From contig DYML01000001.1 in the NCBI GenBank assembly GCA_020721605.1, forward strand, positions 1-52,583: a stretch of DNA of 52,583 nucleotides, given 5' to 3'. Positions 17,287 to 26,115 of this stretch are shown here, piece by piece (position 1 is the first letter of the stretch; each line of letters opens with the position of its first letter). Origin of the DNA: Anaerolinea thermophila. Its GTDB lineage: Bacteria; Chloroflexota; Anaerolineae; Anaerolineales; Villigracilaceae. The translations under genes were made by a program, and so were the position numbers. The notes beneath the pieces were generated by a model, which was not told the DNA's origin, did no database searches, and was given only the letters and a program-made list of their open reading frames with translations.

Positions 17287-19116
17287 TTAGCGCGCGGCTT
17301 GCAAAAAGTCCCAGCCGCTTTTTTCAAAATACATGGTCAAAAATTTATTGCGTTCATCTTCTGTCATATAACGCGGGCGCGCAAAATCTGTCAGTCTGGC
17401 TGTAATTAATTCAACGCCGAGGTAACGCCCGCCATAAAAGATGTGGCGGTCGAGAAATTCATTTTCTGTCAGGTGCGGTCCTCTTTTTGCAATTTGATCA
17501 AAGAACAGGTTGCCCAAGCCGTAATGCACAAATGCACCGTTGTAAAATTCCATCACCTGCGGCACATGCGCCTGACTGCCGCTGACAATGACTGCGCCGG
17601 CATCTGCCATGCGCCGAAAGTCAATCATCTGCTGCGGGCGGGCTTCGGGCGTATCAAACTCGTGGTATTGGAAGGTGGAAATTGGCAGATAGCCCTGCGA
17701 GCGATAATAACGAATCTGCTCGGTCATGTAATCAAAATCGCAAGGCACTGCGCCAGGTATGGTATCGGTTGCGCTGGCGTAAATTGTTTTGTAATTACAG
17801 CCAATGAACATAATTTTGTTGCCATTCACTTCCATTAATAAAGGCTTGCGTCCATCTTCCACATTGTAGCCGCCGCCATAATATGGGAGATTGCTTTGCT
17901 TGTAAATATCCAGCGTCTCATACATGGCGGATTCTTGATAGTCGGCAAAGTGGTCGCCAGAAAGTTCCATGACATCTGTTCCCATGTCGGTAATGAGTTC
18001 CATGTAACGCGGGGCGCTGCAAAAGATCTGTTTTTCCTGCTTTGGGTCAGGTTGGGGGCAGCCCGTAAAAAATGGTACTTCATTGTTAATATGCGTAATA
18101 TCTGCTTCACGCATCACTGAGCGAATTTCTTCTCCTGGGTAGAGAATCCCTTTTGTGTTCATGGTCTTTGCGGTGGCGCGTACCATGGCGGTTACGCCGG
18201 TCATAATGACGGTGGTTAATTGATTGGGGTCGCGGTTTTGAAAGGCGAAGTTAAGCCCCGCCGGAACCTGGCATTGATCTACACACATGAGGCGATAGTT
18301 TACGGTTAGCGGGTAGATGATGGGGTCAAAACTTTTTTGAATGGGAGATTGCCCGTCAATGGTCAAAACTTTCCACTTGGGTTCAATTTGCTCAAATGGA
18401 ATGATTGCCCAGGCTGGCATCTGATTCCAGGCGGCGTTGAGTAATTGTTCAACAGGAAGAACCTGCACAGCGCCAGGCGCGGGGGCGCCCCACAGCGCGG
18501 TAAATGTTTGCAAGGTCGTTTCTTCCATCAACAGCGGAATGCCAACAAATGGACCAAAAGCAGAGCCGCCCCAGGCGGCGAGCAGTTCCTGTGAAGCCAC
18601 GTTGTCAATTAGAGTAGGGAAAGGGGCAACAAGCGCATACGTCCAGGTAGAGACGTGCATGGCGCCTTCGGCAGTCTGCGACACGTCAATATATAAATTG
18701 GCAGAGGCTTGCTCGGCAGCCAAAACTTGAAAGCCCCAGCTTGTAAATTTTTCGCGCAAAATTAATGGCGTTGCCGGGCTTGCCCAAACCTGTGCCGCAT
18801 TTAGCACAACTGGGGTAGGCACAGCGGTGGGCGGCATGGGGGTAATCGTTGGCGCAAGGGTGGGAATTTGAACAAGAGCATGTGCTGCCGCTGAAGGGGA
18901 TGAAACAATTAAAGTAGGCGGGGGCGGGGGTGCGCCCCAGAGCGAGGGCTGACATGCCGCAAGGGAAAGAATGCTAACTAAAAGGAAACCAAAACGCGTA
19001 ACTTTATGGCGGCGTTTTTTTAATTTATGGAGATAGAAAAATGTCATAACTGGCGCAAGGCTGTCTATAAAATAATCTTCAATGTTTTCAAAAATAAAAA
19101 TGCGTGGCGTTTTCAT
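17287..19116 (-). CDS. CapA/PGA_cap family metallophosphatase-like lipoprotein (start uncertain: 19116 or 19047)
   Basis: ADITHINNE, SGDHFAD, GAVIVSGSQAH, HYGLGNLFFDQ; LAAC lipobox; promoter TTGAAT-18-TATAAT ends 7 nt before ATG 19116. Confidence 0.82.
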   Translation of the reverse strand: MKTPRIFIFENIEDYFIDSLAPVMTFFYLHKLKKRRHKVTRFGFLLVSILSLAACQPSLWGAPPPPPTLIVSSPSAAAHALVQIPTLAPTITPMPPTAVPTPVVLNAAQVWASPATPLILREKFTSWGFQVLAAEQASANLYIDVSQTAEGAMHVSTWTYALVAPFPTLIDNVASQELLAAWGGSAFGPFVGIPLLMEETTLQTFTALWGAPAPGAVQVLPVEQLLNAAWNQMPAWAIIPFEQIEPKWKVLTIDGQSPIQKSFDPIIYPLTVNYRLMCVDQCQVPAGLNFAFQNRDPNQLTTVIMTGVTAMVRATAKTMNTKGILYPGEEIRSVMREADITHINNEVPFFTGCPQPDPKQEKQIFCSAPRYMELITDMGTDVMELSGDHFADYQESAMYETLDIYKQSNLPYYGGGYNVEDGRKPLLMEVNGNKIMFIGCNYKTIYASATDTIPGAVPCDFDYMTEQIRYYRSQGYLPISTFQYHEFDTPEARPQQMIDFRRMADAGAVIVSGSQAHVPQVMEFYNGAFVHYGLGNLFFDQIAKRGPHLTENEFLDRHIFYGGRYLGVELITARLTDFARPRYMTEDERNKFLTMYFEKSGWDFLQAAR

Positions 19117-19179
19117 GCCTCGCATTATATGAAGGTTGTCTTGTTTGATTCAAAATAACTTCAATACAGTTTTTCTTAA

Positions 19180-20295
19180 TTATGAAGTTGCAATGAATGA
19201 AAGTTTATTAAGTGAAAAACTTTTTAACGCTTCTTCATCAATGGTCATGCCCAGTCCAACGCCTTGCGGAACGTCAATGGTGGAATCTGAATTTAACACA
19301 AAACGCTCGTTGGTAATATCACGCGCGTAATAACGGTCTGATGCAGAAATATCGCCGGGCAAAATAAAGTTTGGCAAGGCAGCCAGGGCAATGTTGGATG
19401 CGCGCCCGATGCCAGTCTCTAACATGCCGCCGCACCAAACCGGCATGGATGCCTGCTGGCATAGATCGTGTACCATCAGCGCCTGGCTTAATCCGCCCAG
19501 TCTGCCGGCTTTGATGTTAATCACGCGGCAGGCGTTCATCTCAATGGCGTAGCGCGCATGACGCGGCGAGAAGATGCTTTCATCCAAACAGATGGGGGTT
19601 TGAAATTGTTGCTGCAATTTATGATGATCCCAAATATCATCTTCAAACAAGGGTTGTTCAATGAGCAGCAAATTTAAGGCATCGAGCGGTTTGAGAATTT
19701 TCGCATCGTCCAACGAATATGCCGAGTTTGCATCCACTTGCAGGCGCAGGCTGGGAAATGCGTGGCGAACTGCGGCGGCGTCTTCCACATCTCTGCCGGG
19801 TTTTATTTTGATCTTGACCCGCGCATAGCCCTGCGCAATATAGTCTGCCACCGTTTGCACCAGGTCGCGCGGTGATTGTTGAATGCCAACTGAAACGCCC
19901 ACCTCAACTTTTTTACGCGCGCCGCCCAACAACTGACTCAGAGATTGATTTTGGCGCTTTCCGAGCAGATCCCAGAGCGCCATTTCTACACCTGCCTTGG
20001 CAAGATTATGACCCCGAATGCCAGAGACCAAGCCTTGAAAATGGGCGGCATCTTTTACGTCTTTGCCGAGCATGAGAGGAATTACAAAATCTTTAAGGAT
20101 GTGAATGGCGGTGCCGGTGGTTTCGTAATTGTAGCCAGGGTCGCGGGTGGCAACACATTCGCCGTAGCCCGTCAGCCCTTCGGATTTAATTTCGATCAAA
20201 ACACATTCGCGGTCTGTTTCACGCCCGAAGGAAGTTTCAAACGGGGCAACAAGCGGCATACTAAGGTGGTGCAGAGTGATGGAATCTATTTTCAT
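19180..20295 (-). CDS. menC: o-Succinylbenzoate synthase / N-succinylamino acid racemase (enolase superfamily)
   Basis: PFETSFG, KIKIKPG, VDAN, IEQP, LDES, NIKAGR, WCGGMLETG, PGDISAS; start moved to MKIDSITL. Confidence 0.9.
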   Translation of the reverse strand: MKIDSITLHHLSMPLVAPFETSFGRETDRECVLIEIKSEGLTGYGECVATRDPGYNYETTGTAIHILKDFVIPLMLGKDVKDAAHFQGLVSGIRGHNLAKAGVEMALWDLLGKRQNQSLSQLLGGARKKVEVGVSVGIQQSPRDLVQTVADYIAQGYARVKIKIKPGRDVEDAAAVRHAFPSLRLQVDANSAYSLDDAKILKPLDALNLLLIEQPLFEDDIWDHHKLQQQFQTPICLDESIFSPRHARYAIEMNACRVINIKAGRLGGLSQALMVHDLCQQASMPVWCGGMLETGIGRASNIALAALPNFILPGDISASDRYYARDITNERFVLNSDSTIDVPQGVGLGMTIDEEALKSFSLNKLSFIATS

Positions 20296-20344
20296 GGGGG
20301 GAACGCTCTCATCTGTGATATTAAATTTTTCTATATTTTGACGG

Positions 20345-20878
20345 TCAAGATGCAGAATCAATTTTGACTTCTGCCTGCTGGTCTTCCATTTTCAAGCCGC
20401 GCAGGGCGTCATCCAAACTGGTGGTCGTTTCAAGCCGCATACCGGAGGCGGGTGTGCCGCAGTACGGGCAGATGTTCCAGGGCAGTTCCATAAATCGGGC
20501 GCAGTTTTGGCAGGCTTTCTTTAATTTGGTGTGGCAGTTGGGGCAAATTTGCCATTCTTCTTTTACACGCCGTTCACAGCCAGGGCAAAGCGGCAGGTCT
20601 TCCAGCGCTTGCAGCAGGGCTTCCTCTTCCAGCGTGCGTTGATATTCCTCTTCCAACGTGCGCGGCGGGCGCAAGATGAGATAAACCAGCACGCCTGGTA
20701 CATTTAAAATTGCGACAAGCAGGGCGGAAAGGGTTTGAACCAATGGGTCACGCGCACGGGCGCGGATGTCGCGATACGCCCATACGACCAGGCTGATCCA
20801 CAGGGCGGCAAGAAATGCGCCGCCAAACGCGGTAAGCACAAGGGCTAAACTGCTAAGAAAAACTGGGTCTAAGGTCAT
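20345..20878 (-). CDS. Membrane protein with a double zinc ribbon
   Basis: Two TM helices, YLILRP, four CxxC pairs; GGAG SD before ATG 20878. Confidence 0.85.
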   Translation of the reverse strand: MTLDPVFLSSLALVLTAFGGAFLAALWISLVVWAYRDIRARARDPLVQTLSALLVAILNVPGVLVYLILRPPRTLEEEYQRTLEEEALLQALEDLPLCPGCERRVKEEWQICPNCHTKLKKACQNCARFMELPWNICPYCGTPASGMRLETTTSLDDALRGLKMEDQQAEVKIDSAS

Positions 20879-21026
20879 AAAAAACTCCAAGGCTTAACTT
20901 TAACTCATCCACTTTATATTTCTGCGGGGTTTATATTTTGGCGGCGGCGAAGGGAGACAAGAAAGGTCTCAATACCGAAGCGGGCGTTTATTTTAATCCA
21001 TTATCTCATGCCGCAAGATTCAGCGG

Positions 21027-22334
21027 TTAGGGAGTTTGAAACACAAAATGCCAATCGCTGCCAGCCTGGCTATAGGCGGATGTCACCCCCATCACTTCAT
21101 AAAATGTGCGTCCGGGGCGCAAATAAATTGGGTTGCCTGTTAGCGTGGTGAGCAAGAGCGGCTGGTCTAAATCGGTGCGATGCCAGAGCGCAGGCGCTGC
21201 CGCTCCGTCACGAAATACATAGGCGTTGCCAGAATCGAGCAAGTCAATATGATAGACCTCGTCGTGCGCATCATATTGATTTTCAAACGTGTATGGCGCA
21301 AATAAGACCACCACATTTTCCGTAGTGACGGGCAGCCCTGTCTGTTTATCGAAAAGGGGCGCGTATGCTTCCACGTTGTCACCCACCATGTCATTGGATT
21401 CCTGGTAGCGAAAGTATTTATGGGTGGCGGGGTCGTAATCCCAATAACTATAATTATATTTGGAGAAAAAAGAATAAACACGAGTAGCGTTTAGGGCAGC
21501 GCCTTGCGCAACCTGCTCGGTGAAAAATGCGCTGCGCAGAGCGGGTTTGCTGTTATCAACTCCGTTTCGGCGGGCGCAAGCCGCCCACTGGGTGGTATTA
21601 AAAAACGCATTGTTATAACTATCGCGTCTTTCAGGTCCAATAATAACGGGTGGGCAAACGCTATCGTTGCTATAAACGATGACAAGAAAATCATTCAAGG
21701 TGCTTTTTTCCAAATACGAAAGTTCGCGCGGGTCGGCGCCTTTGAAGACCAAAAAGGCATTATACATACGCGCCACATGCTCATCAAAATAACGCCCTGA
21801 GCGCACAGGTCCCACCATCGTGGAGTCGTTTCCGTAGAGTACGGCAATAAAACGTGTATCGCCCCATTCGATGTAATATTCATAGACCACGTCTGCCAAA
21901 GTTAAACCCGATTGCGGGCGAATATAGTCTGGCGAGTTGGCAACTTTTATGACCATTGGTCTGCGCTCCAACAAGGATGGGTCGGCAACGGGCAGCCCAG
22001 TCAGCGGGTTGTTGGTGTTGAGCAGGCTAAAATCTGGCATTCCGCCGTCAGGAGATGGAATAACCAACGGCGTTGGTAAATTTTCAACCAGAACATATTT
22101 GGTTGGGTAGGGCGTATAAGTCGGCTGAATCTGGGGCGTGGCAGGCTGAAGGGCAGGGTTAACAAGCGCCCCTGCCTGAGGTTGAAACGGCGTCAGCGTT
22201 GGATCAACTGACAGCGTTTGCGCAGCCAGGCGAGGGGCAGAGACAGGCAAAGCGGCGCAAGCGGTGAGAAGAAAAGTGGTCAAAATCCAACAAGCAGTTT
22301 TTAATCGAATATGGGAAAATGCACAAAAAGTCAT
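21027..22334 (-). CDS. DUF3048 (YerB-like) lipoprotein
   Basis: LTAC lipobox, NPLTGLP, RPQSGL..ADVVYE, TRF, GPVRS; start reassigned to ATG 22334 (TGG-TACAAT 7 nt upstream), which removes the overlap with the divergent gene. Confidence 0.85.
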   Translation of the reverse strand: MTFCAFSHIRLKTACWILTTFLLTACAALPVSAPRLAAQTLSVDPTLTPFQPQAGALVNPALQPATPQIQPTYTPYPTKYVLVENLPTPLVIPSPDGGMPDFSLLNTNNPLTGLPVADPSLLERRPMVIKVANSPDYIRPQSGLTLADVVYEYYIEWGDTRFIAVLYGNDSTMVGPVRSGRYFDEHVARMYNAFLVFKGADPRELSYLEKSTLNDFLVIVYSNDSVCPPVIIGPERRDSYNNAFFNTTQWAACARRNGVDNSKPALRSAFFTEQVAQGAALNATRVYSFFSKYNYSYWDYDPATHKYFRYQESNDMVGDNVEAYAPLFDKQTGLPVTTENVVVLFAPYTFENQYDAHDEVYHIDLLDSGNAYVFRDGAAAPALWHRTDLDQPLLLTTLTGNPIYLRPGRTFYEVMGVTSAYSQAGSDWHFVFQTP

Positions 22335-22492
22335 ACAAGTGATTGTACCAAAGGCAAAAGACAAAGCCTGAACAATTTTTTCAGCAATTCCCGATATGTT
22401 GTTCCTCTCAGTAACGCGCTCATAAAGGGAATTGCTGCTGCCAAAGCGGGTCAGCGCCCAGCCATCATAAAACTGATACAATTGGTCTTCCC

Positions 22493-24046
22493 ATGTTAAT
22501 TTTAGTATCTGGTTTACTTCTTTTTCTAACTGCGCTGGCGTTAATTGTACTGCAAGTGACTCAGCCAAACGCGCGGTATGCGTGGCTGGTGGCTGTGGGC
22601 GGCGCCATGCTGGCATTGCTCAGTGTTTTCTTTTGGCTGGTACAAATGCCGTTTGAATTTATGCTGCCCGCGTGGAAACCAGCCAGTGTGTTTCTCAACC
22701 CAATTCTGTTTCAGGCAGATCAAACTTCGTTTCCTTTTGCATTAAGCATTACAGCGCTTACTTTAACCATTCTACTAACCGCCATCACACGTTCTGCGCT
22801 CACAAATTCCTTTACCTGGGCAGGCACGCTTGCGCTGGGCGGTATTGGGTTGTTCTCGGTAACTGCCAACAACCCGCTCACTTTGTTGTTGATGTGGGGC
22901 GCGCTGGATTTGACAGAACTGCTCACCCAATTACAAGCCGTAAACGGAGCCGCAAATAATGAAAAAGTGGTCATCTCTTTTTCAACGCGGGCGTTGGGCA
23001 GCGGTTTATTATTATGGGCAAATATTCTCAGCATTGCGCAGGGGAATACCTTTGACTTTCAATCCATTGCGCCCAGTTCGGGGCTGTACCTTGTGGCTGC
23101 TGCCGGTCTGCGGTTGGGAGTGCTGCCACTGCATTTGCCATACGCCGCAGAATCCACAGTCAGACGCGGTATGGGAACAGCGCTTCGGTTAATTTCGGCA
23201 GTCTCAAGCCTTGTATTATTGGCGCATGTTCCCGTTGAAAGTTTGACTTCAACGCTGACGCCCTTTTTACTGACTCTTGCCGTAATTGCCGCGCTATACG
23301 GCGGCTGGATGTGGCTGCGCGCTCCCGATGAATTGACAGGACGCCCCTACTGGATTGTTAGCCTAGCCGCGCTTTCGATCACCTCTGCGCTGAGCGGCAG
23401 CCCACTTGGTGCAATAGCATGGAGCAACGCCCTAATTCTTGTGGGCGCCACACTATTTCTGGCTTCGGTACAACAAGTTTGGCTAAACCGCGCGCTCTTG
23501 GTGGGCGTTTGGAGTCTTTCCACTTTGCCCTTCTCCCTAACTGCCAGCGCCTGGGCTGGCTCTCTGGGCTTCTTTCTTCCGTTTGTTATTGCGGCACAAG
23601 CCTTGCTCATGGCTGGAGTTACGCGCCATGCGCTGCGTTCCAGCGGGCGCACCGCGCTAGACTCTCAACCCGGCTGGGCAAACAAGGTATATCCCGCAGG
23701 AATTATTTTATTAATAACCTTTCAAGTTTTATTGGGCTTTTGGGGCTGGGACGGCGCGCGGCAGGTCGGCGCATGGCTGCCTGCTCTGCTGGCTTCACTG
23801 CTAACTTTTGGGCTAATTTGGGCAACACCACGCTTGCGCATTCTCAACCCCGTCCGCGCACACTGGGTGAGCAATTCGGCGGATTCAGGCTTAGCCACTT
23901 TTTACAGCGGATTATGGATCGTCTATCGCGCAGTGGGAAATGTGAGCCAAGCCATCATCACCACCCTGGAAGGCGAAGGCGGCATGATGTGGACTTTGCT
24001 CTTTTTGGCGCTCTTTATTTTATTACTGACGCAGGGAATTCCATAA
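22493..24046 (+). CDS. Polytopic membrane protein, degenerate MrpD/NuoL/HyfB-like antiporter subunit
   Basis: Many hydrophobic segments; FQADQTS, ANNPLTLLLMW..LD and LRLGVLPLH resemble the proton_antipo_M pattern with K replaced by R. Confidence 0.6.
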   Translation: MLILVSGLLLFLTALALIVLQVTQPNARYAWLVAVGGAMLALLSVFFWLVQMPFEFMLPAWKPASVFLNPILFQADQTSFPFALSITALTLTILLTAITRSALTNSFTWAGTLALGGIGLFSVTANNPLTLLLMWGALDLTELLTQLQAVNGAANNEKVVISFSTRALGSGLLLWANILSIAQGNTFDFQSIAPSSGLYLVAAAGLRLGVLPLHLPYAAESTVRRGMGTALRLISAVSSLVLLAHVPVESLTSTLTPFLLTLAVIAALYGGWMWLRAPDELTGRPYWIVSLAALSITSALSGSPLGAIAWSNALILVGATLFLASVQQVWLNRALLVGVWSLSTLPFSLTASAWAGSLGFFLPFVIAAQALLMAGVTRHALRSSGRTALDSQPGWANKVYPAGIILLITFQVLLGFWGWDGARQVGAWLPALLASLLTFGLIWATPRLRILNPVRAHWVSNSADSGLATFYSGLWIVYRAVGNVSQAIITTLEGEGGMMWTLLFLALFILLLTQGIP

Positions 24047-24047
24047 A

Positions 24048-24659
24048 ATGATTTTGGATATTATTTCGTGGGCGGCAGTAGGCATAATACTGGCAACGTC
24101 CACTGCCATATTTATCAACCGCGACTGGCGCATAAGCCTGGGCGCACTCACGGTGCAATACATAGCCGCTTTTTGGCTGGTGACGCGCCACATGCCCTTT
24201 GTGATGGGGTCTGTTAAATTAATCACAGGCTGGATGATCGTTGCCGCGCTCGGCATAACACGCCTCGGACTGCCTGCCGCAGAAGACCAACAAGGAAACG
24301 CATTCCTGCCACGCGGGCAATGGTTTCGGCTGATGCTCATTCTGCTTGTGGCGCTGGTTACAGTCGGGGTCACACCGCGCATAGAATCCGCAATCCCTGG
24401 TCTAGGCTGGCAGGTGATTGCTGGCAGCCTATTATTGATCGGCACGGGGCTTATCCATTTAGGGATGACTTCAGACACATTAAATGCAATTTTAGGCTTA
24501 CTAACCACGCTGACAGGCTTTGAAATTTTATACGCAGCCGTAGAAAGTTCCATTCTGGTCACAGGTTTATTGGCGGTCACAAATTTAGGGCTGGGAATTG
24601 TTGGCTCTTATTTATTGCTCGCCGGAAGCGCAGCCGCAGAAGCAGAGGAAGAAAGATGA
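24048..24659 (+). CDS. Small membrane protein, possibly HyfE/NuoK-like
   Basis: About 7 hydrophobic segments; LGLLTTLTGFE; coupled to both neighbours (1-nt gap; ATGA overlap). Confidence 0.55.
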   Translation: MILDIISWAAVGIILATSTAIFINRDWRISLGALTVQYIAAFWLVTRHMPFVMGSVKLITGWMIVAALGITRLGLPAAEDQQGNAFLPRGQWFRLMLILLVALVTVGVTPRIESAIPGLGWQVIAGSLLLIGTGLIHLGMTSDTLNAILGLLTTLTGFEILYAAVESSILVTGLLAVTNLGLGIVGSYLLLAGSAAAEAEEER

Positions 24660-26053
24660 GCGCCCCCATCATTTGGATAGCAATCCCCTTTGCTGTTGGG
24701 TTCTTCCTATTGTTCTTTTTACACAAGCGCTTATCCCCGCTCATCGGCGGAGCAGTTGCCGCCATTCTTTCGCTCACAGCGCTAATCTTCCCCATAGACA
24801 CGGCATTACTGCTTGGCGCCATCTCCATCAAAATCTCAGCCTCCATTCAATTCTTTGGGCGCAGTTTTGCATTAAACACAGCCGATGGACCGCTGATTGC
24901 CATTGTCTACGGGCTGGCGGCATTATGGTTCTTTGGCACCGAAACTTCTGGCACAGCCAACCGCTTTGTGGCGCTGGGCTTAATGATCGTCTCACTGCTC
25001 ACCGCCTCCATTGCAGTGGAACCATTTTTATTTGCCGCGCTTCTTTTAGATATGGCAGCAATTCTGGCAATTCCATTGCTGGTTCCCATTTACCAAAAGC
25101 CTGGGCGCGGCATCATACGCTTTCTCACCTACCAAACACTTGCCATGCCGTTTATTTTATTTTCAGGGTGGATGCTGGCAGGCGTAGAATCCAGCCCTGG
25201 GGCAATTAGCGCCACCGTACAGGCTGGCACAATTCTCGGCTTGGGGTTTGCCTTTCTGGTGGGAATTTTCCCATTTTACAATTGGATTCCAATGCTCATG
25301 GAAGAAGCCGCCCCCTACGCAAGCGGTTTTCTATTATGGGCGCTGCCAACCTTTACTGTGATCTTTGCACTTGGCTTTTTAGACCGATACGTCTGGCTGC
25401 GCACCTCGCCCCAACTTTCAAACGCCATTCAATACGCAGGTATTTTTATGGTAGCAAGCGGCGGGCTTTTTGCATCGCAACAAAAGCATATTGGGCGCAT
25501 TATGGGCTACGCCGCAATCACAGAGACGGGCTTGCTGGTGCTGGCAATGGGCGGAAGATCGGCAGAAATAGTGAATACCGTATTTCTACTGCTTATTCCA
25601 CGCGGATTAGAACTGGCAGTCTGGGCTTTGGCGCTATCCATCCTCAAACGCCGCGCCTACTCCCTGCGGTTTGGTGAAGTGAAAGGCTTGGCGCGGAAAT
25701 ATCCCATAGCGGTGAGCGCGTTAATTCTGGCGCACCTTTCCATGACTGGCTTTCCCCTCCTGGCAGGCTTTCCGCCACGATTGGCGCTCTGGCAAGAACT
25801 GGCGGGGCAACCAATCTACATGTCATTCTGGGTCTTTTTTGGCTTACTGGGTTTACTGGTTGCGCTGGCACGCACGCTGGCAGTCTTTGTCATGGCAGAA
25901 GAAAACACTGGCTGGGCGTGGAACGAAACCTGGGCGCAAAGCGTCATGCTTGGCTTGGGAGCGCTTGGGCTTTTTGTACTGGGCATATTCCCCCAAATTT
26001 TACAACCACTCATCGTTAACCTGCCTGCCCTATTTAATCATCTTGGTCTATAA
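24656..26053 (+). CDS. Proton-conducting transporter-like membrane subunit (NuoN/MrpD/HyfF-like, degenerate)
   Basis: GIFPFYNWIP..EEA, GRIMGYA, VKGLARKYP, LSMTGFPLLAGF. Confidence 0.75.
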   Translation: MSAPIIWIAIPFAVGFFLLFFLHKRLSPLIGGAVAAILSLTALIFPIDTALLLGAISIKISASIQFFGRSFALNTADGPLIAIVYGLAALWFFGTETSGTANRFVALGLMIVSLLTASIAVEPFLFAALLLDMAAILAIPLLVPIYQKPGRGIIRFLTYQTLAMPFILFSGWMLAGVESSPGAISATVQAGTILGLGFAFLVGIFPFYNWIPMLMEEAAPYASGFLLWALPTFTVIFALGFLDRYVWLRTSPQLSNAIQYAGIFMVASGGLFASQQKHIGRIMGYAAITETGLLVLAMGGRSAEIVNTVFLLLIPRGLELAVWALALSILKRRAYSLRFGEVKGLARKYPIAVSALILAHLSMTGFPLLAGFPPRLALWQELAGQPIYMSFWVFFGLLGLLVALARTLAVFVMAEENTGWAWNETWAQSVMLGLGALGLFVLGIFPQILQPLIVNLPALFNHLGL

Positions 26054-26071
26054 AGAAGCCCCTCGCTTACA

Positions 26072-26080
26072 TGCTATAAT
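26072..26080 (+). promoter_or_regulatory. Extended -10 promoter for the coiled-coil gene
   Basis: TGCTATAAT 35 nt upstream of ATG 26116; GGAG SD. Confidence 0.55.
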
Positions 26081-26115
26081 TTAATTTACCCCTTGACCCA
26101 CAATCGGAGCCCCCT

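Noticed and set aside
22335-22616. N-terminal extension of the DUF3048 ORF in the track
   Set aside because: Overlaps the divergent gene and both promoters; lipoprotein signal and -10 position support ATG 22334
23419-25209. Long alternative-frame ORFs (23419..24051, 24023..24580, 24598..25209)
   Set aside because: Shadows of the hydrophobic membrane genes with no motifs
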